Below are positions 27,489-36,383 of a DNA stretch of 45,816 bases, one piece after another. The translations under genes were made by a program, and so were the position numbers. The notes under the pieces were generated by a model. The model saw nothing but the letters and a program-made list of their open reading frames with translations. It was not told where the DNA came from and searched no databases. Positions within the stretch are counted from its first letter, which is position 1. Every line of letters starts with the position of its first letter. The stretch comes from Armatimonadota bacterium (GTDB taxonomy: Bacteria; Armatimonadota; Zipacnadia; Zipacnadales; UBA5352). The stretch lies in NCBI GenBank assembly GCA_049975765.1, contig JBNGDZ010000003.1, forward strand, positions 6,269 through 52,084, read 5' to 3'.

Positions 27489-28589
27489 TCACTGCGCGTG
27501 CAGCAGCAGGTCCGCCGCGATCGTCGCCACCTCCCGCCGCAGCGGGCCGACCTCTCGATCCCGGCCCAGGTGGACCCGGTTCGTCAGCAGGATCACGTAC
27601 ACCCCGCTGGCCGGATCGGCCCAGATCGAGGTGCCGGTGTAGCCACTGTGCCCGATGCCTCCCGGCGGGAAGCCGCCCCGGACCTGCGGCGAGTGGGAGC
27701 TGGCGATGTCCCAGCCCAGCCCCCGTCTGGTCTCGCCCAGCTCAAGCTGCGGCGAGATCATCCGCCGCACACTCTCTTCGGTCAGGATGCGCGCGCCGTC
27801 GAGCTGCCCGCCGCCCAGGATCGCCTGCATGAAGCGCGACAGATCACGCGCAGTCGAGAACAGCCCCGCGTTGCCGCCCACGCCACCGAGGTATCTCGCG
27901 TTCTCGTCATGCACGACCCCGCACAGCACCCCGTCGGAGAGCTGCTCCGTGGCAGCGCAGCGGAGCGCACGCTCCGGTCGGGGGTTGAAGCAGGTGTCAG
28001 CCATGCCCAGCGGCCGGAATACACTCTCTTCCGCCAGCTCATCCAGGGTCGTGTCGGCGACCGCCTCGACGACCGAGGCCAGCAGGATGTAGCCCAGGCA
28101 CGAGTACAGGAAGCCCTCGCCGGGCGCATGTTCCAGCGGCAGGCAGCAGATGTCGTCGACCACGCGCCTGCGCCGCTGGGCGGGCGGGACGTCCTCGCCC
28201 AGCGCATCGAGGTAGTTGCGGTACGCCGGCAGCCCGGCCGAATGCGTAAGGAGGTGCCGGACCGTCGCTGCCGCCCGGCCGTCGCCGGTGAAGCCGGGCA
28301 GGATCGCCCGCACCGGTGTGTCCAGCGAGAGGTCCCCGCGCTCGATGAGCTGCAGCACGCACGGCGCGGTCGCCACCGGCTTGGTCAGCGATGCCAGGTC
28401 GAAGATGGCGTCGAGCTGCATCGGGCGCCGCTCCGGCTGCAGCATCCGATGCCCGCGGGCCTCGTGGCACAGCACCTCATCCCCGCGGCCGACGAGGACC
28501 ACTGCGCCGGGCGTCACCTCATCCCGGATCGCGGCCTCGATGGCGCTGGCTGTCCGGCGCCGAAGCTCCTCCCGGACGTCGCCTGTCAT
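27489..28589 (-). CDS. Serine hydrolase, beta-lactamase/transpeptidase-like family
   Basis: 366 aa. SxxK nucleophile motif FDLASLTKPVAT; also YSCLGYILL and a C-terminal HSGYTGTSIWADP (KTG-like HxG box). Confidence 0.8.
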   Translation of the reverse strand: MTGDVREELRRRTASAIEAAIRDEVTPGAVVLVGRGDEVLCHEARGHRMLQPERRPMQLDAIFDLASLTKPVATAPCVLQLIERGDLSLDTPVRAILPGFTGDGRAAATVRHLLTHSAGLPAYRNYLDALGEDVPPAQRRRRVVDDICCLPLEHAPGEGFLYSCLGYILLASVVEAVADTTLDELAEESVFRPLGMADTCFNPRPERALRCAATEQLSDGVLCGVVHDENARYLGGVGGNAGLFSTARDLSRFMQAILGGGQLDGARILTEESVRRMISPQLELGETRRGLGWDIASSHSPQVRGGFPPGGIGHSGYTGTSIWADPASGVYVILLTNRVHLGRDREVGPLRREVATIAADLLLHAQ

Positions 28590-28702
28590 GACAGCCTCCA
28601 GACCCGTCCGTCACCGCTCAATGTCTCGTGTGTGCGACTGCGCTTGTCCTGCTCCGCGCTACGTGTCGCCCTCGCACCTCAATCGGCCCGCATGTGAAGC
28701 GC

Positions 28703-29683
28703 TCACTCAGGGAGGTAGGCCTTCGGGAAGCGGGCGACCACCGAGTAGTTGGGGTCCACGACGTTGCCGATCCGCGTCGTGCCCACCTGCGAGAGCACCT
28801 GCCAGGCCTCGAGGCGGTCGAAGCCGTAGCCGGCGACCAGCCAGTCGAGCAGCTCCACCTGGGCCGCCGCGAGGGCCGCGCGCAGAGGCCGGACGCTGCC
28901 GATGGTCATAATGTGCCTGTCATCCTCGGCACGAGGCCAGCGGATCGTCCAGCCGTCCAGGACCTCCACCCTCAGCCGCACCTGGCAGCTCACCTCCAGC
29001 CCTACCCCGCACAGCTCGCCATCGCCTTGGGCCGCGTGGCAGTCGCCCATGGCGAGCAGGCCGCCCTCCTCGAACACCGGGAAGCAGACCGTGGTGCCTG
29101 GGCGGATCTGCGGGCAGTCCATATTCCCACCGTGACGGCCCGGGGTCATGGTCATCCTGGACTCGCCACGCTCCGGCGCCACCCCCAAACAGCCCAGAAA
29201 CGGCGAGAGGGGCAGCTCCACCGCAGGGAGGCGGCTGTGCTGCAGCTCCAGCCGCCCGGTGCCTCGCTGGAGGTCCAGATCCCAGCGGAACTCGCAGCGC
29301 TCCCGATCGGGCCACTGCGGCGGGGCGAAGGTGGTCGGTCCGTAGATGTCCTCGGTGCTGAAGAGACCGAAGTCGCTATGGGCCGCCGACCACGCCCAGG
29401 GGCGGGTCGGCTGCACGTCGAGCAGATGCACCGCCAGAGCGTCGCCCGGCTGGGCGCCCTCGACGTAGATAGGGCCCGTCACCGGGTTGCTAATCTGTCG
29501 GCGGGCGCCGGGCGGGCCGGCGAGGTCCTCGACGCCGATGGCCTCGCCGCTCTCGTCCAGACCACGGGCATCGACACACCACACGACAGCCTCCTGCCCC
29601 TGTCGGATCCGGGCGAGCGGATCGTGGGGCCCGAAGGTGCAGTAATAGCGCTCCGGTCTGATCTCCGCCACGTCGTCGGTCAT
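28703..29683 (-). CDS. Acetamidase/formamidase (FmdA_AmdA) family amidohydrolase
   Basis: Contains NPVTGPIYVEGAQPGDALAVHLLDV, HGGNMDCPQIRPGTTVCFPV and AMGDCHAAQGDGELCG. The track start 29698 is TTG. ATG 29683 has GGGAGG 8 nt upstream. Confidence 0.85.
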   Translation of the reverse strand: MTDDVAEIRPERYYCTFGPHDPLARIRQGQEAVVWCVDARGLDESGEAIGVEDLAGPPGARRQISNPVTGPIYVEGAQPGDALAVHLLDVQPTRPWAWSAAHSDFGLFSTEDIYGPTTFAPPQWPDRERCEFRWDLDLQRGTGRLELQHSRLPAVELPLSPFLGCLGVAPERGESRMTMTPGRHGGNMDCPQIRPGTTVCFPVFEEGGLLAMGDCHAAQGDGELCGVGLEVSCQVRLRVEVLDGWTIRWPRAEDDRHIMTIGSVRPLRAALAAAQVELLDWLVAGYGFDRLEAWQVLSQVGTTRIGNVVDPNYSVVARFPKAYLPE

Positions 29684-29704
29684 GGCAGTGCCTCCCAATC
29701 GCCC

Positions 29705-31654
29705 TCAGGCCGATCTGGGCCCGAAGAGCAGGACGCGCTCGTCGATGGTCAGCGCCAGCAGGTCCTGGCCCTCAGGCGAGCGCCTCAGCACGCTGCAGCG
29801 CACCTCTGTGGCCGGGCGATCGCCCCAGGCGCCTTTCAGCGCCTCCAGCTCCCGGATGGGCCTGCCGCGGCCGTCGTACAGGGCGAGGGTCTGCCGCGTG
29901 GGGCAGATCCACAGGTGCTGCGGCCCCTCCGGGAGCCACTGCACCGGTCTGGTGCCGGGGATGAAGTGCGGCTGTATGGTCCAGAGCCTGTCGCCGAGGC
30001 CGGACAGGAGCGTCGTGATGCCCATGTTCCCCCAGCGGGTGTGGGCAAGAGCCTGTCGGCCGGGCATGTCCTGCCGCACGCGGCACTCCTGCACGCCCTG
30101 AGCGTGGCCGATGCGTTGCACCGCCCGCGTCCTGCCCGTAAGCGGGTTGGTGACGTAGACGCCGGCGCTGCCGCCGATCAGGAATGCCACCGGGTCGCGG
30201 TCAGGGTCGCAGCCGAAGTGCCCCACGGCCACCGCGTCGTAGTGCCCGGCCCCGCGGATGGCGCGCATCTCGTGCGCCAGGTCGTGAACGGCGATGACCT
30301 CGCCGTCAGCGGACAGCGTGGTACCGCCCGCGACGACCTCCGACCGGCCGTCGCCCGTCAGGTCTACGAGGTGGACGGCATTGTGGTGGCCGTAGGGCGG
30401 ATCCACCTCCGCGTGCCACAGCAGGTCCAGGTTCCCGTTGAAGGCCCACAGGTCGCGACCCCCGTGCCCCAGGTCCTGCCGCCAGTGGCGGACGATGATG
30501 TCCACGGGCTCGTCGCCGCTCAGGCGGCCGGTCTCGTTCGAGAGATCATACTGGCGGAGCACATCGAGGTGCGGGTCCTCGGGCAGCTCCCTGCGCGCCA
30601 ACTCCTCGCCGGTGGCGCCATCCAGCACCACGATCTGCGAGGCCACCGTCCAGACATTGGGGTCGCCGCGCACGCTGACCTGCTGGTACGCCCGCTGCCG
30701 ACCGACCAGCGCATAGATGCGCCGCGAGCCGCCGGTGGGCTCCGATGCGATCTTGACCTGCGCCACATCATCGGCGAAGCGCCACAGCTCCTTGCCCGAC
30801 CAGTCCGTCGCCAGCAGGCCGCCGGGACCGCGCAGCAGCAGCTCGTTGTCCTTCCCAGACCGCAGGTTGATGGCCTCCAGGAGACGGTGGCCGGCGGGGA
30901 GGCGCAGCTCATCGACCTGCTCCGCTGGCGGCAGGGCCCCGCGCTCCGCCGCGACCAGCCGGCGGCGCCCCTCCGCCAGTCGCCGGTTCGTGCGCCGCTG
31001 CGAGGGAGTCATGTGCACGGAGGGGGACAGCAGTCGCGAGCCCCCCAGTGAGCGGAAGCCGGCCCGTCCGCACCGGATGGTGGTGTCCGTGGCGAACATC
31101 TCCACCCCAAGCTCCGGGCAGGAGGCCCTCATGCCGTCGCCGTCAAGCTCGACGCGCAGGGTGATGGCCTGCCCATCGTAGTCCACTGGTGCGGAGGCCA
31201 GCTCCAGCCACTCCTGGTCGATGCGGCGGTAAATGACCAGCCGCTGCAGGCCCTCCAGGCACAGGAAGTAGTGCCGCCGCGAAGTCGCGGCGCGAAAGAC
31301 CAGGCCCGCTCGGGCGCGCTCCACCATCCAGTCATCGTTCGTGGGGCCGGCCTCCTCCTGAAGGCCCTGCATCTCGCACTCGATGGCCAGCTCCCGCCAG
31401 GTCTCCTCGCCCGTCACCAGCGCCCGCTCAAGCGCCCCGCCACTCTCGAACTCAAGCGCCGCCCGGCCTCCGCGCTCCACACGGCGCTTCCCGGAGGGCA
31501 GGCGGTAGCCGGCTCGTGGCGCGAGCGGGTCATCCCAGCCCTCCAGCAGCGCCCATGACGGATGATCCGGCTCCATCGGCGGCGCGATCTCGCCGGCTGG
31601 CAACTGCTCGATGGGCAGCTCGATGTGCTCGACGGCCAAGGCCTCGTCAGTCAT
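29705..31654 (-). CDS. Hypothetical protein: ConA-like N-domain plus FG-GAP/PL11-like beta-propeller
   Basis: 649 aa with GGGAGGG 9 nt upstream of the ATG. No signal peptide seen. The C-terminal two thirds have propeller-like repeats, including VDLTGDGRSEVVAGG. Coding quality (GC3, length) is good. Function is not assignable. Confidence 0.6.
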   Translation of the reverse strand: MTDEALAVEHIELPIEQLPAGEIAPPMEPDHPSWALLEGWDDPLAPRAGYRLPSGKRRVERGGRAALEFESGGALERALVTGEETWRELAIECEMQGLQEEAGPTNDDWMVERARAGLVFRAATSRRHYFLCLEGLQRLVIYRRIDQEWLELASAPVDYDGQAITLRVELDGDGMRASCPELGVEMFATDTTIRCGRAGFRSLGGSRLLSPSVHMTPSQRRTNRRLAEGRRRLVAAERGALPPAEQVDELRLPAGHRLLEAINLRSGKDNELLLRGPGGLLATDWSGKELWRFADDVAQVKIASEPTGGSRRIYALVGRQRAYQQVSVRGDPNVWTVASQIVVLDGATGEELARRELPEDPHLDVLRQYDLSNETGRLSGDEPVDIIVRHWRQDLGHGGRDLWAFNGNLDLLWHAEVDPPYGHHNAVHLVDLTGDGRSEVVAGGTTLSADGEVIAVHDLAHEMRAIRGAGHYDAVAVGHFGCDPDRDPVAFLIGGSAGVYVTNPLTGRTRAVQRIGHAQGVQECRVRQDMPGRQALAHTRWGNMGITTLLSGLGDRLWTIQPHFIPGTRPVQWLPEGPQHLWICPTRQTLALYDGRGRPIRELEALKGAWGDRPATEVRCSVLRRSPEGQDLLALTIDERVLLFGPRSA

Positions 31655-31899
31655 CGTGGTCGCCCTCCCAGGTGACCTCTCTTGCTCCCGGCGGCCCTGC
31701 GGGGCTATTCGCCGCCGAGGGAAGCAGGCCTGCGTGCACAGCGCGTAGCGCGCGGGCCCAGATTGCCGCTGGGGGGCGCGGGTGCCCGCGAGGCCGCTGG
31801 CTTCCTACGACGGGCCTGGGGCGCAGGCGAGGTCGCGTGGTGCCTCCGGGCGCTCGCACGCACGCCACGGAGACCTGGGATTCGCGCCCGCGGCAGCCC

Positions 31900-31958
31900 T
31901 TGACATTTATGATACGATATGATATGCATATACACGCTCAGCAATGTTATGATACTCA
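31900..31958 (+). promoter_or_regulatory. AT-rich promoter/operator island upstream of the HTH-thioredoxin gene
   Basis: This is the only markedly AT-rich stretch in the window. Elements: TTGACA at 31900-31905; TATGATA heptamers at 31908-14, 31918-24 and 31948-54 (10- and 30-bp phasing); perfect palindrome ATATGCATAT at 31922-31931; extended -10-like TGtTATGAT at 31945-31953, ending 5 nt before ATG 31959, which has no SD sequence. Confidence 0.4.
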
Positions 31959-32579
31959 ATGGAGTGGATCGCGGTGGACTACCTGACCGTGACGGAGGCG
32001 GCGGAGGCGCTTCAGCTCAGCGTCCCCACCATCAAGCGCTATATCTACGACGGGAAGCTGAAGTCCGCCAAGCTCCCCGGGGGCCAGCACCGCATCCCCC
32101 GCAGCGAGATAGACCGCTTGCTGACACCCACCGGGGAGGAGCAAGCGGAGGCGCTATCTGAGGAGGCCTCGCCCGGCGTTGACAAGCGACTGGCGGTCAT
32201 TGAACGCTGGCTGAGCGACCTGCAGGCCGAGGTCGAGCGGCTGGATTCCACCGCGCAGGTGGTCGCATCCTTCTGCGAGCGCGTGCCGGGAGCGTTCGCC
32301 GAGCGCGCCGCCCCTGAGGGCGGGGGTCATCGCCTGTACATCCTGGGGACCGGCTGCCCCAAGTGCAATCGGCTCCATGAACTCACCACGGAGGCCCTCG
32401 ACGAGCTGGGTGTGGCGGATGCGACGGTGGAGCACATCAAGGAGCCCGCGGAGATCGCCACCTATGGGCCGGTCCTCACACCAGCGCTGGTGCTGGATGA
32501 CACGGTGCTGATCAGCGGCCGCGTTCCCTCCCCCGGTGCGCTCCGTGAGATGCTGCAGGAGCACCTGGAGTCGGCATGA
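31959..32579 (+). CDS. Fusion protein: excisionase/MerR-type HTH DNA-binding domain + coiled-coil linker + Thioredoxin_3 (CxxC) domain; putative redox-responsive regulator
   Basis: N-terminus LTVTEAAEALQLSVPTIKRYIYDGKLKSAKLPGGQHRIPRSEIDRLL is an HTH_17/excisionase pattern. C-terminus YILGTGCPKCNRLHELTTEALDELGV...YGPVLTPALVLDDTVLISGRVPS is the pattern of the small redox-active disulfide protein (Thioredoxin_3). Its stop forms an ATGA overlap with the permease gene. Confidence 0.8.
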   Translation: MEWIAVDYLTVTEAAEALQLSVPTIKRYIYDGKLKSAKLPGGQHRIPRSEIDRLLTPTGEEQAEALSEEASPGVDKRLAVIERWLSDLQAEVERLDSTAQVVASFCERVPGAFAERAAPEGGGHRLYILGTGCPKCNRLHELTTEALDELGVADATVEHIKEPAEIATYGPVLTPALVLDDTVLISGRVPSPGALREMLQEHLESA

Positions 32580-33376
32580 CCCGGCGCCGGTCGCGCGGCG
32601 CGGTCAGCAGGGCCCTGTGGGCCATTGCGCCGGTGGTGCTGGGTCTGATCATCTGGGCGGTGGTGGCAGCCGCGGTCAGGTCGCGGGCGCCCTTCCCGGG
32701 GCCAGTCGAAACCGCTGTCCGTCTCTTTGAGCTTCTTGGGGGCGAGCGCCTGCTCGACTACAGCATCTACACGCATGCGGGGGCGAGCCTCGCCCGCTGG
32801 ATCATCGGCTTCTGCATCGGGGCCTCCGCGGGCGTCACCGTAGCCGCGCTGGTGGGCTGGTCGCGGGTGGCGGAGCGGCTGATGATGCCGCTGGTCTACG
32901 TGCTGCAGCTCATCCCCGGCCTTGCCTGGATCCCCATCGCGATCCTGCTGCTCGGCATTGGGAACGAGGCCACGGTCTTCATGATTGTCATGACGGCGCT
33001 CGCCCCGGTGGCGGTGAACATGGTTGCAGGCCTCAAGAGCGCCTCCGAGCAGCATCTGCGGGTGGCGCGCATGGCCGGGGCCGGCCCCCGGGAGACCTTC
33101 TTCCACGTGCTTCTGCCCGGCTCCATCCCGCACCTGATGAGCGGCCTGCGCGTCGGGCTGGGCAACAGTTGGCGCGTGGTCGTCGCCGCTGAGATGGTCG
33201 TAGGCACCGGCTCGGGGCTGGGCTACAGCATCATCCAGTCGCGGTGGACTCTGGACTACGCTTCGGCCTTCGTCTGCATCATCCTGATCTGCCTGGTGGG
33301 ACTGGTCATCGAGTATCTGGGCTTCGCGCGGCTCGAGGAGGCCACAGTGCAGCGGTGGGGGATGGTGCGAGCCTGA
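32576..33376 (+). CDS. ABC transporter permease, NitT/TauT (nitrate/sulfonate/taurine/bicarbonate) family
   Basis: 266 aa, about 6 TM segments. EAA-loop region SASEQHLRVARMAGAGPRETFFHVLLPGSIPHLMSGLRVGLGNSWRVVVAAEM is typical of SsuC/TauC-like BPD_transp_1 permeases. Confidence 0.85.
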   Translation: MTRRRSRGAVSRALWAIAPVVLGLIIWAVVAAAVRSRAPFPGPVETAVRLFELLGGERLLDYSIYTHAGASLARWIIGFCIGASAGVTVAALVGWSRVAERLMMPLVYVLQLIPGLAWIPIAILLLGIGNEATVFMIVMTALAPVAVNMVAGLKSASEQHLRVARMAGAGPRETFFHVLLPGSIPHLMSGLRVGLGNSWRVVVAAEMVVGTGSGLGYSIIQSRWTLDYASAFVCIILICLVGLVIEYLGFARLEEATVQRWGMVRA

Positions 33377-34158
33377 TGGCGCTCATCGAGCTGTCCGACG
33401 TGGGGATGACCTTCACCGGCGCGAATGACAATGGCGCTGTCAGGGCGCTCGACGGCGTCACGCTGTCGGTTCGGGCCGGCGAGCTGGTGTGCGTGCTGGG
33501 CCCCAGCGGCTGCGGGAAGACCACGCTGCTAAACCTGGTGGCTGGCTTCATGCCCCCCACAGCGGGGAGCATTCGCTTCGACGGCAGGCCGGTGCGCAGC
33601 CCCGGACCCGACCGAGCGGTGGTCTTCCAGGACGCCGCGCTCTTCCCCTGGCTGAGCGTGGCCGGCAACATCGACTTCCCCATGCGCATGATCCACCGAC
33701 CGGAGGCTGAACGGCGCCGCGAACGCGAGCGGCTCATCGCCATGGTCGGGCTGGAGGGCTTCGAGGACGCCCATCCCCATGAGCTGAGCGGGGGGATGAA
33801 GCAGCGTGTCGCCATCGCCCGCGCGCTGGCACTGCAGCCCAGGGTGCTGCTGATGGATGAGCCCTTCGGCGCCCTCGACGCCCAGACCCGGGAGCGCCTG
33901 CAGGACGAGCTGCTCGGCATCTGGCGGCGCACGGGCACGACGATCCTGTTCGTGACCCACAACGTGGCGGAGGCGGCCTACCTCGGCGATCGGATCGTGG
34001 TATTCTCGCAACGGCCCGGACGGGTGCTGGACGACATCCCCGCCGAGCTGCCGCGGCCCCGCTCGCGCCTCTCCGACGGCGTCCGCTCCCTGGAGATGCG
34101 CCTGCTCCGGGAGCTGCCCGAGGTCCAAGACGTCAGTCCGGCGGCCGACTCCGCCTGA
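33376..34158 (+). CDS. ABC transporter ATP-binding protein, NitT/TauT family
   Basis: Track ORF 33244..34158 trimmed to ATG 33376 (TGATG overlap with the permease stop). Walker A GPSGCGKTT, Q-loop VFQD, signature LSGGMKQRVAIARAL, Walker B LLMDEPFGALD, H-loop VTHN. Confidence 0.9.
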   Translation: MALIELSDVGMTFTGANDNGAVRALDGVTLSVRAGELVCVLGPSGCGKTTLLNLVAGFMPPTAGSIRFDGRPVRSPGPDRAVVFQDAALFPWLSVAGNIDFPMRMIHRPEAERRRERERLIAMVGLEGFEDAHPHELSGGMKQRVAIARALALQPRVLLMDEPFGALDAQTRERLQDELLGIWRRTGTTILFVTHNVAEAAYLGDRIVVFSQRPGRVLDDIPAELPRPRSRLSDGVRSLEMRLLRELPEVQDVSPAADSA

Positions 34159-34179
34159 TATGATGCGAGGAGGTGCAGC

Positions 34180-35196
34180 ATGAGGCACGCACGACGTCTT
34201 CTGGTAGTGACGGTGGCGGTGAGCGCGGTGCTGACAGGCTGCGCGCGGAGGGAGCAGGCTCCTCCAGCGCCGGTCCAGATGCCGGAGCCAGTCGAGGAGG
34301 CGCGACGGCCGGTAACCGCGCGCTTCACCTACAGCGAGAAGACCTGCTACGCCCCGGTGATCGTCGCGGTCGAGAGGGGCCTTTACGCCGAGGAGGGGCT
34401 GAAGATCGAGAAGCAGGTGGTTACCGGCGGCATCGAGTCCGCGGAGGCCATCACCACCGGCCAGGCCGATCTGGCGGCGCTGGGCGACGCGCCGGCGGTC
34501 ATCTGTATGTCTCGCTCACCGAAGGTCAAGCTGCTGGCGCCGCTTGGCGACGGCGAGCGCATGCATCGCATCGTGGTCCGCTCGGACGCGGGGATCGACG
34601 AGCCCGCCGACCTGGCCGGCAGGCGCCTCGCCGTCCAGCACGGCTCCAGCACCCATGGCGCCCTGCTGCTGTATCTGAAGAAGCACAACGTGGACCCGGC
34701 CTCCGTCACCTTCGTCTCCCTCTCGCCGCGCGACTTCCCGGAGGCCATGTCGTCGGGGCAGATCGACGCCGCCGCCGGCAGCGCTCCCTGGCCTCAGAAC
34801 GTCCTGGCAACTTGTGACAATGCCGAGCTGTTCGCGAATCTGGAGGGCCTGGGCAACACCTACCCGGTGGTGATTCTCGTGCGCGGGGAGTTCGGCAGCG
34901 AGCACCCGGAGGCGGCGCGGGCCGTCGTGCGGGCGACCCAGGCCGCGGCCGACTGGATCGACGACCACCCGCAGGAGACCGCGGAGCTGCTCTCGCGCCG
35001 ATCCGGCGTCGAGCCCGACCGAGAGCGCGAGATGCTCAACGACTACCGCTTCGGCACCGATCTGACCCGGTCGGTCATCGACAGCCTGGAGATGACAGCC
35101 CACTTCCTCAAGGACCAGGGCCGCATCGACGAGGTACCGGACATCGAGGCCCAGCTCGCGCTGCCCGAGTTGCTGACTGAGGAGGAGCCTTCATGA
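34180..35196 (+). CDS. ABC transporter substrate-binding lipoprotein (NMT1/SsuA/TauA-like), copy 1
   Basis: Lipobox VLTGC. NMT1-like fold pattern: YAPVIVAVERGLYAEEGLKIE...GQADLAALGDAP...LAGRRLAVQHGSSTHG. GAGGAGG lies 6 nt upstream. Confidence 0.85.
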   Translation: MRHARRLLVVTVAVSAVLTGCARREQAPPAPVQMPEPVEEARRPVTARFTYSEKTCYAPVIVAVERGLYAEEGLKIEKQVVTGGIESAEAITTGQADLAALGDAPAVICMSRSPKVKLLAPLGDGERMHRIVVRSDAGIDEPADLAGRRLAVQHGSSTHGALLLYLKKHNVDPASVTFVSLSPRDFPEAMSSGQIDAAAGSAPWPQNVLATCDNAELFANLEGLGNTYPVVILVRGEFGSEHPEAARAVVRATQAAADWIDDHPQETAELLSRRSGVEPDREREMLNDYRFGTDLTRSVIDSLEMTAHFLKDQGRIDEVPDIEAQLALPELLTEEEPS

Positions 35197-36356
35197 CACT
35201 CAAGCTCGCGCGCCGCATCGTGCTATCCGCTGTGACGGTCGCCTCACTCGTTGCGCTAAACATGTTCTTGCCCCCCTCTGTGGAGGGCCAGTGCCCCAGA
35301 CCCGGGAGCTACTGGAAGTGCCCCGTCACCGAGCGCCCCGGCGAGCCAAGGCCGGGCGGCCTGACCGCTCGCGTGCAGGCGCGGTATTCCCACACGCAGA
35401 GCGACCCCGACCAGCCGACCTGGCTGGTGCGCGACGACCGAGCCGGCCGTGACGACTACAACACCAGGCGCCTCCGCCTCGCGTGGTCGCACCAGCCCTC
35501 CGAAGACCTGCTCGTCTTCGGCCAGATCCGCCGCGACTGGGGGGCCGACGAGTTCGAATGGCATGACCTCTACGCCACCTGGTCGGGGCTCGACTGGGGC
35601 AACCTCACCGTCGGTCAGATGATGGCGCCCTTCGACCGCCAGTTCATGACCAGCGACGTCAGGCTGCCCCTCGCGGAGCGGCCATCGTCCAGCATCCTGC
35701 TGGTTCCGGGCCGAGACATCGGCGCGCTGCTGCATGGCACGAGCAGGGATGGCTGCCTGGGCTGGTACGCCGGCCTCTACCTGGGTAACGGTAAGAACGA
35801 GCTCGACGCGACGGGCGCGCCGATGCCGGCGGCCCGAGTGGAATGGCTCGTCAGCGAGAACCTCAACCTAGGGGCGAACTGGGCACTGAACAACGGTGCC
35901 AGGACAAGCAAGTTCCGCAAATTCATCTCGGCGAACGGCGACCCCCTCGGCCTGGCGGAGCTCTACCGGGATCGGCAAGTGGACGAGGAGGCGTGGGGGC
36001 TGGATGCCATCTGGCGCGAGGGCCCGACCTCAGTCTGGGCCGGCTACAATGAGAAGAGCATCAGCGCCTCCGGCCGCCAGGGTGTCACCGCCAGCGGCTG
36101 CTACGCCCAGCTCAGCCGGTTCGTCCCGTGCAGCGGCGCTGAGGACAAGCTCGAGCTCGTGGGGGCGTGGGAGGAGTTCGATCCAGGCGCCGCGGCGCCG
36201 CCCAATCTGGAGGCCCGGTGGCTGACCCTGGGCGCGAACTACCACATCGAGGGCTGCGTGCGGCAGGTTCGGCTGCAATACATCCATCGCGACGAGGCCG
36301 CCGGGGACGTGAGCAACGACACCTTGCTGGTGCAGTACGAGCACGTGTTCAAGTAG
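35193..36356 (+). CDS. Outer-membrane porin, phosphate-selective porin O/P (OprO/OprP)-like, copy 1
   Basis: Signal peptide. Amphipathic beta-strand pattern: RVQARYSHTQ, RRLRLAWSHQPSEDLLVFGQI, LTVGQMMAPFDRQF, RDIGALLHG, WYAGLYLGNG. The C-terminus LLVQYEHVFK is a beta-barrel-type terminal aromatic. ATGA overlap with the binding-protein gene. Confidence 0.7.
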   Translation: MTLKLARRIVLSAVTVASLVALNMFLPPSVEGQCPRPGSYWKCPVTERPGEPRPGGLTARVQARYSHTQSDPDQPTWLVRDDRAGRDDYNTRRLRLAWSHQPSEDLLVFGQIRRDWGADEFEWHDLYATWSGLDWGNLTVGQMMAPFDRQFMTSDVRLPLAERPSSSILLVPGRDIGALLHGTSRDGCLGWYAGLYLGNGKNELDATGAPMPAARVEWLVSENLNLGANWALNNGARTSKFRKFISANGDPLGLAELYRDRQVDEEAWGLDAIWREGPTSVWAGYNEKSISASGRQGVTASGCYAQLSRFVPCSGAEDKLELVGAWEEFDPGAAAPPNLEARWLTLGANYHIEGCVRQVRLQYIHRDEAAGDVSNDTLLVQYEHVFK

Positions 36357-36383
36357 TGAGGGGCAAGAGGAGCATGATGCAGG

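Larger units (their letters stand above)
33961..36383. repeat. Tandem duplication, unit 1 (2,423 bp)
   Basis: Every ORF translation in all frames in 33961..36383 is repeated identically at +2,423 nt. I located the boundaries by direct comparison of the three junction sequences. Confidence 0.9.
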
